From Bacteroidia bacterium (lineage in GTDB: Bacteria > Bacteroidota > Bacteroidia > NS11-12g > UBA9320): 64,000 nucleotides of DNA. This document shows, piece by piece, positions 9,939 to 19,579 of this stretch. The position numbers and the translations under genes were made by a program. Positions within the stretch are counted from its first letter, which is position 1, and each line of letters opens with the position of its first letter. The DNA lies in assembly GCA_020053795.1 (NCBI GenBank), contig JAGVMN010000012.1:11347-75346 (forward strand), in the 5' to 3' direction. Below the pieces are notes generated by a model that did not search any database, had not been told where the DNA came from, and worked only from the letters and a program-made list of their open reading frames with translations.

Positions 9939-11324
9939 CTATACTTCAGAATCAGAAATATTTGTCGTAACCGTCCGGAAATTGTTCAGATATTCTTCAT
10001 GAGCCTTTTTAAAAATCTGAAGTAACGACTCGCGTTCATCATAAACTTTCTTAGCTAACCCTTGTTTTCGTTTTCCAATTGATTGCAAACGAAGATCATA
10101 TCTGAGCCTTTGTAAGCCGCTAAAATATTGAAAGGCGAATATTCCTGATGTCGGGAGAAGAAAAAAGAAAATACCGGCAAACAGCCCATTTCCGGTGTAA
10201 TGAAAAATAAGCCAGGTCAAAGTAAAGCCGTTGATGGTAAAAAGTATCAACCCGAGTATGAGCAAAACCGACCCCGTGAAATCCGGGCGTTGAACAATTT
10301 TCTTAGCAAGTGCCGTACTCAGTAAAAAAGGCAACAAATGAAGCAATGCCCCGGCAACAAAAAGGGGTAAGCCAAAAAGAAAATATAAAACCAATAGAAC
10401 GGGATTCACCGTTTTTATCTGCTTTTTGTACAAAGGATTCAAAATCCCCTGTGTAAGTTTCAGACGGTCAGTTAGAGCCAAATATTGCTGTACTCTGAGT
10501 TCCAGACTTTGCAACAAGTCCGGCTTTTTTACCTTAAAGTATTCCACCGATGCAAGAATATCCTTTCGGGCCATAAACCATCCCACATGGGCTTCATTAT
10601 CCCCAATCCCAAATCTTTTTGGATCGCTTTGCACTATTTTTTCGGTCATTTCAACCAACTCCGCCCAACGGTTATCATTCATCAGCGTCGTTCGTCGTTT
10701 AAGCTCGGATTCTACCTGATTCGTCAGGTCCTGGACTGCCTTAAACGGGTCGTTTCGGTATGCTTCCATATAATCGGAAGCCGCAATAGGCCTTCCGAAA
10801 TTCAGAAATAGTTTTCCCTGAAAATGATGCGGATTGGTGTAGTTTATCCCTACCGGAACAAGTGTCACACCGAGTTTAAAATCATTCTTTTCTTCGGCAC
10901 CCAGTGCTATTCGGGCCGACCCGGTCTTCAAAGGCATCAGCATTGGTTTGGTTTGGCTTACACCTTCCGGAAAAATAACCAAAGCCCCGTTTTCTTCAAG
11001 CAGTTTGAAACAATATTGAAAGACCTCTTCATTCTTGTGCATCTCATTGGGAGAAAATGCTTTTCGATAGATGGGAATAACGCTTAATACATTCAAAATT
11101 TTAGCGACAACCGGGTTTTTGAAGGACTCGCCCCTTGCAAGAAAATGAACCCTTCTTTTCAGATATGCGGCTACTACAATCGGGTCCATAAAAGCACTGC
11201 GGTGATTGGGAAGAAAAATCACCGGACCAACCAAAGGAATGCGGTCTTCATTGCGAAGCTGTATTTCCCTGAAGTAATTCTTTATGGCATAGCCCAAAGC
11301 GAATTTGAGAAAACTATACAGCAT
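9939..11324 (-). CDS. Lysophospholipid/glycerol-phosphate acyltransferase (PlsC family) with C-terminal membrane domain
   Basis: Acyltransferase motif I, H(X4)D, in FLPNHRSAFMDPIV. Motif III in LVIFPEGVSQT. Several C-terminal TM helices (VLLVLYFLFGLPLFVAGALLHLLPFLL...). Confidence 0.8.
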   Translation of the reverse strand: MLYSFLKFALGYAIKNYFREIQLRNEDRIPLVGPVIFLPNHRSAFMDPIVVAAYLKRRVHFLARGESFKNPVVAKILNVLSVIPIYRKAFSPNEMHKNEEVFQYCFKLLEENGALVIFPEGVSQTKPMLMPLKTGSARIALGAEEKNDFKLGVTLVPVGINYTNPHHFQGKLFLNFGRPIAASDYMEAYRNDPFKAVQDLTNQVESELKRRTTLMNDNRWAELVEMTEKIVQSDPKRFGIGDNEAHVGWFMARKDILASVEYFKVKKPDLLQSLELRVQQYLALTDRLKLTQGILNPLYKKQIKTVNPVLLVLYFLFGLPLFVAGALLHLLPFLLSTALAKKIVQRPDFTGSVLLILGLILFTINGFTLTWLIFHYTGNGLFAGIFFFLLPTSGIFAFQYFSGLQRLRYDLRLQSIGKRKQGLAKKVYDERESLLQIFKKAHEEYLNNFRTVTTNISDSEV

Positions 11325-11356
11325 AATACATTAGTTTATAAGTGATGGTTCGGATA

Positions 11357-12229
11357 TTACTCGCTCAGGTATTGTTTCAACAATAATATATTATCTGTTT
11401 GAATAAAGTCGGGATTTATTTGAATTGCCTGTTTTATTTCTCTTCGCAATTTAACATTGTACAAGGCCACTTTGAGTTTTTTGCTGTGGGCCATTGCTAT
11501 CATTTCTTTGGATGCATCTTCAAGTGGAGAAACCAATCCCTTCCAATTGTTTTTTAAACACTGTTCCAATGCAGAATTGGTAACCGCGGCATCGTAGAAC
11601 AATTGCAAATTGGGGTTTATTCCGGCAAACAATTTTAGAAAATCCTGATTTTCAGATTCAATATAAGCCCATTCATGAGCATTGGTTTTCGTGATTACTT
11701 TTTCCAGACTATTGGCAAAAGTTTTGAAATATGGCATTAATTCATCGAAGCTGAGACAATCGTACTTTAAGTGGACCTGAATTGAAACCAGCGGAATCTT
11801 TTGATATTTGCTGAAACGATATAAGATATCAGCCAAAAGAGCAATGCCTTCCGCTTGAGGTTGATACTGATAAAATCCTCTGTAGTGGCAGCCGGATAGA
11901 TAAGAAAATTCCGTATTGGAGATACACCCTACGCACTGTGTTTGAGTGATTAAATCCTGATCGTGATATAAAACTATCACGCTGTCTTTACTCATTTGCA
12001 CATCTATTTCAACGCCATCTGCACCAAGAAAATCAATGGCCCTGAAAACACTTGATGCTGAATTTGGCGGATACGGGTTCTTTTCGGTTGGAAAACCCGA
12101 CCCACCATGACCGAATACCAGAATACGCCCGGCCTCCAGCAATTTGGTTGCCGACAAGTCAACCTTTTTGCAGGTTGCCGAAAGCATTAGAACTAAAACA
12201 AGCGATATGAGACCGAAATTCTTGCCCAT
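11357..12229 (-). CDS. Glycerophosphodiester phosphodiesterase (GDPD) family lipoprotein
   Basis: Lipoprotein-type signal (LVLMLSATC). GDPD-like block GADGVEIDVQMSKDSVIVLYHD preceded by VFGHGGSG. Confidence 0.65.
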   Translation of the reverse strand: MGKNFGLISLVLVLMLSATCKKVDLSATKLLEAGRILVFGHGGSGFPTEKNPYPPNSASSVFRAIDFLGADGVEIDVQMSKDSVIVLYHDQDLITQTQCVGCISNTEFSYLSGCHYRGFYQYQPQAEGIALLADILYRFSKYQKIPLVSIQVHLKYDCLSFDELMPYFKTFANSLEKVITKTNAHEWAYIESENQDFLKLFAGINPNLQLFYDAAVTNSALEQCLKNNWKGLVSPLEDASKEMIAMAHSKKLKVALYNVKLRREIKQAIQINPDFIQTDNILLLKQYLSE

Positions 12230-12726
12230 CCGCCCATTATGTTAGTTGGAGCCTTTTTACCCGAAGTCGGATCGATGAATGACTCAACAATGACCCCAGA
12301 ACCCAATGCTCCAAAAAAATTGAGTTTGTCATCTTTCGAAGATTTGCCTGCCCCAATAGCCCCGTAAAATTCATGAATAAAAGCCTCCGGCCCTGCATTT
12401 TTGAGATTGAGGTTTTCGTAAACTAACCAGAACATTCCATAAACTTTATCCTTCTCAGCGAACTTGTAGCGATAACCGGTACTCATCCCAAAAGGCATTT
12501 TAGCCGGTAGATAAGTATTGGTCAGGTTTAACCTCATACCCCCGTATATCTCGTGTTTCCCTTTGGTTACATGAAGCTCTGCAAAGGTATTGACACCGCT
12601 ATAAGATGCCGATGTTCCTGTTTCTACTGCTAAATGAAATGGGATTTGTCCGCGGCCTGATTCCCATAAGAGGCAAAGTGCCGAGATGCAGGTTATTGAA
12701 AATAGTCTGAATTGCATGGGCCTCAA
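12193..12726 (-). CDS. Hypothetical small outer-membrane beta-barrel-like protein
   Basis: Signal peptide, alternating hydrophobic beta-strand pattern, and C-terminal ...ISVSYRLF. No family was recognised. Overlaps the downstream GDPD start by 37 nt. Confidence 0.4.
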   Translation of the reverse strand: MRPMQFRLFSITCISALCLLWESGRGQIPFHLAVETGTSASYSGVNTFAELHVTKGKHEIYGGMRLNLTNTYLPAKMPFGMSTGYRYKFAEKDKVYGMFWLVYENLNLKNAGPEAFIHEFYGAIGAGKSSKDDKLNFFGALGSGVIVESFIDPTSGKKAPTNIMGGWARISVSYRLF

Positions 12727-12946
12727 AATTATTGATTCTTATCAAGCTTAAACGGAGGAATGTGTAAAAGATTTTATCCATTGTTTTTTCAAAGCCTCTT
12801 TCAGTGGATTAAACTTTTTGACTGATTTTGCATCCACCGTTTATTGAAGATTGATTTTATCAGGTGTTGAGAAGAAACCAAGCACTGACTTTGTTTTAAG
12901 CTAACCTAAGCTTTATCCCATCTGACCATTGTTCTTTAATAAAAAG

Positions 12947-13760
12947 TCAGGTCTTTGGTGATTGCTTTTGGTGTAGCTTAAGTTCGCGACAGACAAGTCT
13001 GTGATCCACTTCAGTTCGTCCGTTAGTATTTTTCACCAAAATATGCAGTGCCTTGAAAATATCCGGTGACATGGGCGTTTCCTCATGAGTCCACACATAT
13101 AGCACCTGCTTCATCAATTGCATTTCCACCGAATTTTTTGCCCACACAAAACTTCCTTTTCCATTTAATTTTAGAACGAAAATTTCTGTAATCATACCGG
13201 AAGCAATCCTATAAAAGGTGCCAAGTCCCGGATTATAATCTACACTTCCATAGAAAAAGCCTAAGATAAATGGTCAGGCCAACTCATCTAAGGCGATGCC
13301 CCCGCCAATCTCCGTTGCCGATCCACCAATCTTTTTGCCCAAACAAATTTTCCATTTGGATTCGGTTTTGAAATGAATACCTCTTGGGTTTTTGAAGCTG
13401 TCGCAAGAAAATGAGTCATCACCTCAGTATGGAAATCAATGGTATCGCTATAATATCCGGTCGTATTGACATTACTTTTAAGATCAACCGTTATTGAGTA
13501 ACCGCTCACGCTGAAGTTTCCTCCCACCGTTCTGGTCCAGATTTGGTTTCCTTCGGAGTCCATTTTAATTCATTAATTTACATCTCACCATCTGAAGATA
13601 ATTCTAAGCTACCCAATTCCAGCATCAAAATCTATTGTGCCGGAAAAATATCCGGTCATTTAAATGTTGCCTTTAGAATTGGCTAAAATAGCATTGCCGA
13701 TCTCATCATGGCTTCCGCCAATACTCATAGCCCAGCCAATTTGTGAGTCCGGGTCAAAGA
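12947..13760 (-). pseudogene. Decayed SBBP (beta-propeller) repeat protein gene
   Basis: Several frames on the minus strand carry SBBP-repeat text broken by stops and frameshifts: WAMSIGGSHDEIGNAILANSKGNI*MTGYFSGTIDFDAGIG*; TTGYYSDTIDFHTEV...EVFISKPNPNGKFVWAKRL; EIFVLKLNGKGSFVWAKN. Confidence 0.65.
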
Positions 13761-13997
13761 CAAAAAAGGCTTAGAATGGCGGCATAAAGGCAGAACTTGT
13801 CGTTTGATGGTTTCAATCTTAGAATCAAGGCAACTGAAAGAATAACTAAACCTCATTTGATGTCACAGAAAAATCATTTATTTCACTAACCCCTTCTACA
13901 ACTGTTGTGCATTCTTTATAAAATTGAATGCCGGAAGTGCCTTTTTTCGTCATCGTTATATTATACGCCAAAAAGAAATCAAATGCTTTTCTTGTCT

Positions 13998-15329
13998 TTA
14001 TCTCTGAAACTTCAGCCGCTGTCCGGCTTTGTCATTCTGAAAAGCTCCTTTATAATAGGCCAGATTCCCTGACACAATGGTTCCGACAACTTCAGCATTA
14101 AAAGTCTTGCCCTGAAGAGGTGACCAGCCACATTTATATAGAATGTTATCGCCAGATACGGTCGTTTTCGCGTTTGGATTTACCAATACCAAATCAGCCC
14201 AATAGCCTTCTGTGATAAAACCCCTTTTTTCTATTTGAAAACAGATGGCCGGGGCATGACTCATTTTGTGAACCATTCGCTCAAGAGATATTTTGCCGTT
14301 GTTCACGTGTTCCAGCATCAGCAATAAACTGTGTTGAACAAGCGGCAAACCAGAAGGGGCTTGCAGATAATCTCTTTGCTTTTCTTCCCAGGTATGGGGT
14401 GCATGGTCTGTGGCTATAATATCTAAATGATCAGCGTTCAACGCGGCCCACAATGCCTCCTGATCGCTGGCTGTTTTAATGGCAGGATTGCATTTGATCA
14501 GGTTTCCAAGCCTTTCATAATCGCCGTCATTAAAACTAAGATGGTGCACACAGACTTCGGAAGTAATCCGCTTTTGTGCCAGCGGAATATCATTCCGAAA
14601 TAAAGGTATTTCCTTAGCGGTGCTGATGTGCAGAATATGCAATCGTGTATTGTATTCCTTTGCCAGCGACATGGCATGAGACGATGATTTGTAGCAAGCC
14701 TCAGATGTCCTGATCTTTGGGTGATCAGATGCCGCCAATCTTTTGTCTTGTTGCTGTTCCAAATTTCTTTTGATGACACCCTCGTCTTCACAATGCGTGG
14801 CAATCAGCAAGGGACTTTCTTTGAAAATGGTCCTCAGGGTCGTTTCATCATCAACCAGCATATTACCTGTGGAAGAACCCATAAAGATTTTGATACCGCA
14901 AACTGTTTTTGGGTCTGTCATTAGAACTTCGGCTGCATTGTCATTGCTCACACCCATGAAAAAGGAGTAGTTGGCAAGGGAATTCTTGGCAGCGATCCGG
15001 TATTTATCTTCCAGCAATTCCTGTGTCAAAGCGGGTGGTTTGGTATTGGGCATCTCCATAAAGGTGGTCGTGCCTCCGGCAACTGCGGCCCTTGATTCGG
15101 TAAAAATATTGGCCTTTTCGGTGAGTCCCGGTTCCCTGAAATGTACCTGATCGTCAATGACTCCCGGTAAAATCAATAAGCCCTTGCAATCAAAAACATG
15201 AGTGACATCCCTGTATATTTCCCTCCCCTTTGATATTTCAACAATAAATCCATCTTCAATCAGTATTTCTCCTTCGTACTTTTGACCTTCGTTTACGATG
15301 GTGGCATTTTTCAATAATATGGAAGTCAT
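13998..15329 (-). CDS. pyrC: Dihydroorotase (cyclic amidohydrolase, multifunctional-complex type)
   Basis: LLKNATIVNEG...PGVIDDQVHFREPGLTEKANIFTESRAAVAGGTTTFMEMPNTKP...ATDHAPH. Metal-ligand HxH-type and D-H motifs are present. The likely start is the Met at 15329; the track ORF extends to 15413. Confidence 0.85.
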   Translation of the reverse strand: MTSILLKNATIVNEGQKYEGEILIEDGFIVEISKGREIYRDVTHVFDCKGLLILPGVIDDQVHFREPGLTEKANIFTESRAAVAGGTTTFMEMPNTKPPALTQELLEDKYRIAAKNSLANYSFFMGVSNDNAAEVLMTDPKTVCGIKIFMGSSTGNMLVDDETTLRTIFKESPLLIATHCEDEGVIKRNLEQQQDKRLAASDHPKIRTSEACYKSSSHAMSLAKEYNTRLHILHISTAKEIPLFRNDIPLAQKRITSEVCVHHLSFNDGDYERLGNLIKCNPAIKTASDQEALWAALNADHLDIIATDHAPHTWEEKQRDYLQAPSGLPLVQHSLLLMLEHVNNGKISLERMVHKMSHAPAICFQIEKRGFITEGYWADLVLVNPNAKTTVSGDNILYKCGWSPLQGKTFNAEVVGTIVSGNLAYYKGAFQNDKAGQRLKFQR

Positions 15330-15341
15330 AATTTCAGATTG

Positions 15342-15764
15342 ATGAAGGTTGACAAATTTACTATAAGGGTTTATGGCATTGTATTGTTTGAGCAAAAACT
15401 TTTGACGGTACACGAAAATTTGAATGGAATTTCGTTTGTTAAATTTCCGGGTGGCGGTGTTGAACCCGGGGAAGGATTGCTCGATGCCCTGAAAAGAGAA
15501 ATCAGGGAGGAACTGAATACCGAGGTTTTAGTTTGTGAACATTTTTACACAACCGATTTTTTTCAACGCAGTGCCTTCAGGGAAGACGAGCAGGTGGTTG
15601 CCGTTTATTACCGAATTCAATTGGCTGATCACCCCAAGGATGGTTTCATGGTTTCAGAACCCCATCAGACTTTGACATTTTTCTGGAAACCGATCACAGG
15701 AATATCGGCTGAAGATTTCACCTTAACCATTGACAAACATGTGGCCACCATGCTCATTTCATGA
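15342..15764 (+). CDS. NUDIX hydrolase
   Basis: Nudix box GGGVEPGEGLLDALKREIREELN (GX5EX7REUXEEXGU pattern). Confidence 0.8.
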   Translation: MKVDKFTIRVYGIVLFEQKLLTVHENLNGISFVKFPGGGVEPGEGLLDALKREIREELNTEVLVCEHFYTTDFFQRSAFREDEQVVAVYYRIQLADHPKDGFMVSEPHQTLTFFWKPITGISAEDFTLTIDKHVATMLIS

Positions 15765-16296
15765 ATGACGGAATTTCGTCCGGAAATTTGAGGGTTAGTT
15801 CATCGGCAATGTACCAATGATTTAGAACTTTTATAGCAACAAAAGAGATCACAAACTTGTTGCTGTTTTTGCTGCAATTCATACTCACCATAGCAAACGG
15901 ATATCCCTCTTTGTGAAAACCATACCTAATGTTAGTTTTTTCTAATTCTATGTATTTAAGATTGATTCTATGCAATTTGGCCTTCTTCTGCAAAATCTTG
16001 TTTTGTTTCCAAAGGTTATAAACAATATATTGCTGTTTTACCATCACAAATCTTTCTTCTCGTTCAAAGTCAAGAGTGTCAAAAGCCGCTTTTATGGCCC
16101 AATATGACGGGGTATAAACTTCTATTGAATCAAACACCCGTGTTTTGATGGCCGAAAATATAGAATCGGCCAGTTGAGGCACGGTATCGCACCTGATGTG
16201 TCGTTCTTTCATTGCCCGGATCTCAGGCAATGACCTTTGTCCCTGCGACTCACAAGCAAGGAACAACAAAACAAAATGGATCACGAATTTATTCAT
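15754..16296 (-). CDS. Hypothetical secreted protein
   Basis: 180-aa ORF with N-terminal signal peptide (MNKFVIHFVLLFLACESQG). No family was recognised. Confidence 0.4.
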   Translation of the reverse strand: MNKFVIHFVLLFLACESQGQRSLPEIRAMKERHIRCDTVPQLADSIFSAIKTRVFDSIEVYTPSYWAIKAAFDTLDFEREERFVMVKQQYIVYNLWKQNKILQKKAKLHRINLKYIELEKTNIRYGFHKEGYPFAMVSMNCSKNSNKFVISFVAIKVLNHWYIADELTLKFPDEIPSFMK

Positions 16297-16486
16297 TGAT
16301 TTTCTTGAACAAAGCTACTGCTAAATTGCGACAATCAAAAAATTATTCTCTTTGATTATCAGCTATTTGAGTGAGTTTGAAGAAAAAGATTCAGAAATAT
16401 TGCAACCATTCAGACTTTTCGGGGTCTATAAACTTGAGAAGCCGAAATTCTCAAAATTTGAGTTCGAGAAAAATTATTGGTAAGGT

Positions 16487-16515
16487 GCCGCCTTCGTAGA
16501 AGGCGGCTTTTTTTT
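16487..16515 (+). terminator. Rho-independent terminator with no annotated upstream gene on its strand
   Basis: 9-bp GC-rich stem GCCGCCTTC/GAAGGCGGC (16487-16495 / 16499-16507) with a 3-nt loop, followed by T8 (16508-16515). There is no comparable T-run on the other strand. Confidence 0.7.
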
Positions 16516-16586
16516 GTTCTTCTTTTTATCGATGCTTCGGTCGGGCTGTATCGTCCAGATCGCATTATTCTCTTAAATTTGCCAAA

Positions 16587-17498
16587 ATGAGATTCTCCAG
16601 AGTATTCATTCAGGCGGTGTTGATAATTCTATCTGCAGGATGTCAGCCCCCCGATGGTCCGAAAAAATTCACCATTGTTTGTACCACAGGCATAATCAAT
16701 GACGCCGTTCATCAGATATTTGGCGATATGGCAACCGTGGAAAGCATTATGGGCACAGGTGTTGACCCACATCTTTACAAGGCCTCACACGGTGACATAA
16801 ATAAACTCTCAAATGCTGACATCGTCATTCATAACGGATTGCATCTTGAGGGGAAAATGTCCGACTTGCTACATAAGCTATCTGAGACCAAAAATGTCTT
16901 TGCGATGAGTGATGGGGCAGATGTTAAAAATTTCAGAAAACTAGATGCCTCTGGAACGCTGTATGATCCGCATATTTGGTTTGATGTGCCTTTGTGGCGA
17001 CAATGTGTTGGCCATATAGGAAGACAGATTATTGATAAATTGCCAAAGGGGAAAGATCAGGCAGAAATTAAATTATTGAAATACCTTTCTGACCTTGATT
17101 CTTTGGACCATTGGGTGAGAAATGAGATGATAAGGATTCCTCCTGAGAAACGTGTTTTGATAACTTCGCACGATGCTTTTGAATATTTTGGCAAAGCTTA
17201 TGGCATTAAGGTAAAAGGCCTGCAGGGGATTTCTACATTGTCTGAATTTGGTTTAAGAGATGTCACCGAACTGGTAGATTTTGTCATTGAAAATAATGTT
17301 AAAACCCTGTTCATTGAAACGTCTGTTTCGCCGAGGTCTATCGAGTCGGTAATCAATGGTTGCCATTCAAAGAATTTTGAAGTGAAAATCGGGGGCAGTC
17401 TGTTTTCCGATGCCCTTGGTTCGGAAGGGACCACAGAAGGAACTTATGTCGGGATGATTAAGCACAATGTAAACCTTATGACCAAGGGATGGCAATAA
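16587..17498 (+). CDS. Metal (Mn/Zn/Fe) ABC transporter substrate-binding protein, cluster A-I (TroA/ZnuA/PsaA family)
   Basis: Lipoprotein signal (LSAGC). Conserved metal-ligand regions GVDPHLYKASHGD and YDPHIWFD. The operon continues with matching ATPase and permease genes. Confidence 0.85.
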   Translation: MRFSRVFIQAVLIILSAGCQPPDGPKKFTIVCTTGIINDAVHQIFGDMATVESIMGTGVDPHLYKASHGDINKLSNADIVIHNGLHLEGKMSDLLHKLSETKNVFAMSDGADVKNFRKLDASGTLYDPHIWFDVPLWRQCVGHIGRQIIDKLPKGKDQAEIKLLKYLSDLDSLDHWVRNEMIRIPPEKRVLITSHDAFEYFGKAYGIKVKGLQGISTLSEFGLRDVTELVDFVIENNVKTLFIETSVSPRSIESVINGCHSKNFEVKIGGSLFSDALGSEGTTEGTYVGMIKHNVNLMTKGWQ

Positions 17499-18283
17499 TC
17501 GAAGAAGTAAAAAATCCGGTGCTGGAAGTGCACAGCCTGACTGTTGTTTACAACAAGCAGCCGGCTATTTGGAATGTAGATTTTACTTTGCCTAAAGGAC
17601 AGATTATCGGCATCATGGGTCCGAATGGTTCCGGGAAAAGCACCTTACTGAAAGCCATCATGGGTGTGGTGGATGCCAACATCGGATATGTTAAAGTTTT
17701 TGATCAGGAAATTGAAGAGGTCAGAAGAAAAGTAAGTTATGTACCGCAGCGGCAATCGGTAGATTGGGATTTTCCGGCTCAGGTGAAGGATGTTGTGGCC
17801 ATGGGTCGTTTTGCAACGAGAGGGATCTTAAGCCGATTGAATGCCGAAGACAAGGAAATTGTGCAAGAAAGTTTAAAGAAGGTCGGTATGGAAGCCTTTG
17901 CCAATAGGCAGATAGCCCAGCTGAGTGGTGGTCAGCAACAGCGTGTTTTCATTGCCAGAGCACTGGCACAAAGGGCCGAATTATACCTGATGGATGAACC
18001 CTTTGCAGGGGTAGATGCTTCTACTGAAGAATCCATCATTGAACTATTGAACGAAATGAGAAATCACGGAAAAACCCTGATTGTGGTGCATCACGATTTA
18101 TATACGGCCAGCGATTATTTCGACTGGGTGGTGCTTCTAAATACAAGATTGGTTGCCAGTGGTCCGGTGGCTAAGGTTTTCACCCCTGAAATTTTGGCAG
18201 AGGCCTATGGAAGCCGACTCACAACTCTGAGTAAAGTTGCAGATCTGTTGGCCGAAAGGCGTTTCCCCATGAGACATAAATAA
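17489..18283 (+). CDS. Metal ABC transporter ATP-binding protein
   Basis: Walker A GPNGSGKST, ABC signature LSGGQQQRV, Walker B LYLMDEP. Overlaps the upstream gene by 10 nt. Confidence 0.9.
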   Translation: MAIIEEVKNPVLEVHSLTVVYNKQPAIWNVDFTLPKGQIIGIMGPNGSGKSTLLKAIMGVVDANIGYVKVFDQEIEEVRRKVSYVPQRQSVDWDFPAQVKDVVAMGRFATRGILSRLNAEDKEIVQESLKKVGMEAFANRQIAQLSGGQQQRVFIARALAQRAELYLMDEPFAGVDASTEESIIELLNEMRNHGKTLIVVHHDLYTASDYFDWVVLLNTRLVASGPVAKVFTPEILAEAYGSRLTTLSKVADLLAERRFPMRHK

Positions 18284-19578
18284 TGAACTTACCCTTTAAA
18301 GAACTTTTGGAATTTTTCACCTTTTCCGAACCAAATGTTCAGGTTGTTTTTTGGGGCGTCCTCGTTTTGTCTTCGGTGTCAGCATTGGTTGGATGCTTCA
18401 CCTATCTCAGAAAAAGATCTTTGATCGGAGACGTGATTGCTCATTCAGTGCTTCCCGGAATTGCCCTTGCCTTTTTATTGTCAAGGGAAAAGGATCCTTT
18501 TCAACTTTTGATTGGAGCCGGCATTACCGGATGGCTTTCGGTCTATTTGGTAGATTTTATTACCCATCATTCAAAAATAAAAAATGACACGGCAATTGCC
18601 CTCATCCTGAGTGTATTTTTTGGTGCAGGGGTGTTGTTGCTCACTCATATTCAGCATACGGGCCTGGCTTCTCAAAGTGGTCTGGACAGTTTTATTTTTG
18701 GCAAAGCAGCAGCCATGCGGCCACAGGAAGTCAAGCTTTTCCTCATCATTGGAATCATAGTAACTATCGCAACAATCGTTTTTCTCCGGGGATTCTATGT
18801 AATGGCATTCGATGAAGACTTCGCCATTGCCATTGGTTTTCCTGTACCCTGGCTTCGGGTTATTCTGTCAATCATCACCGTTTTAATCGTTGCAAGTGGC
18901 GTTCAGGCAGTTGGCGTGGTTTTAATGTCGGCTTTGCTGATAACACCTGCTGCTGCTGCACGGTTTTGGACTAATAAGCTGAAATTCTTAATATGGATTG
19001 CCGTATGTTTCGGTGCTGTAAGCGGTGTTTTGGGAGCGGCAATTTCTTATAGCTATAATGGAATGCCCACTGGTCCATGGATAGTGATTGTATTGAGTTT
19101 ACTGGCATTTTTTTCGGCTTTATTCGCTCCGCAAAAAGGCATTTATGCCCGCTGGTCTCACAACAGGTTTAACAGCAGGAAAATCCTTTGCGAAAATATC
19201 CTCAAAAGATTCTTCCACCTTGAACAGCATCATCCGGAAAAGCGAGATTATAGCCTTGTCGAAATATTAAGCAAATTGAATTTGAAAGAAGCAGAATTGA
19301 AAAGTGGCTTGCGTTTATTGGTTCGCAACGATAAACTTACAAGAACCGGAATGAATTGGACTTTGGAAGAAGTCGGCAGAACTGAGGCCAGAGAGATCGT
19401 GAGAAAACACCGCCTTTGGGAATTGTATTTGTCGAAATACCTGAACATAAAAGAAGACCATGTGCATGACGACGCCGAAGGAATTGAGCATGTCATCACC
19501 CCTGAAATATTGAAGGAACTGGAAGTTCTTTTAAAACATCCCGAAACAGACCCGCATAATCGCGAAATACCTTATTAA
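18283..19578 (+). CDS. Metal ABC transporter permease (ABC-3 family) fused to a C-terminal DtxR/MntR-like winged-helix plus dimerisation module
   Basis: The first ~290 aa are a polytopic ABC-3-type permease, paralogous to the next gene. The last ~140 aa read SLVEILSKLNLKEAELKSGLRLLVRNDKLTRTG...GRTEAREIVRKHRLWELYLSKYLNIKEDHVHDDAEGIEHVITPEILKELEVLL, which is the DtxR-family HTH and RxHRLxExaL...VHxxAExxEH pattern. Confidence 0.8.
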   Translation: MNLPFKELLEFFTFSEPNVQVVFWGVLVLSSVSALVGCFTYLRKRSLIGDVIAHSVLPGIALAFLLSREKDPFQLLIGAGITGWLSVYLVDFITHHSKIKNDTAIALILSVFFGAGVLLLTHIQHTGLASQSGLDSFIFGKAAAMRPQEVKLFLIIGIIVTIATIVFLRGFYVMAFDEDFAIAIGFPVPWLRVILSIITVLIVASGVQAVGVVLMSALLITPAAAARFWTNKLKFLIWIAVCFGAVSGVLGAAISYSYNGMPTGPWIVIVLSLLAFFSALFAPQKGIYARWSHNRFNSRKILCENILKRFFHLEQHHPEKRDYSLVEILSKLNLKEAELKSGLRLLVRNDKLTRTGMNWTLEEVGRTEAREIVRKHRLWELYLSKYLNIKEDHVHDDAEGIEHVITPEILKELEVLLKHPETDPHNREIPY

Positions 19579-19579
19579 C

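Noticed and set aside
16340-16483. An open frame ending in ...KLEKPKFSKFEFEKNYW* immediately before the orphan terminator
   Set aside because: The frame contains no ATG; only TTG or ATT codons could initiate. I therefore treat the region as possibly non-coding RNA rather than calling a peptide gene.
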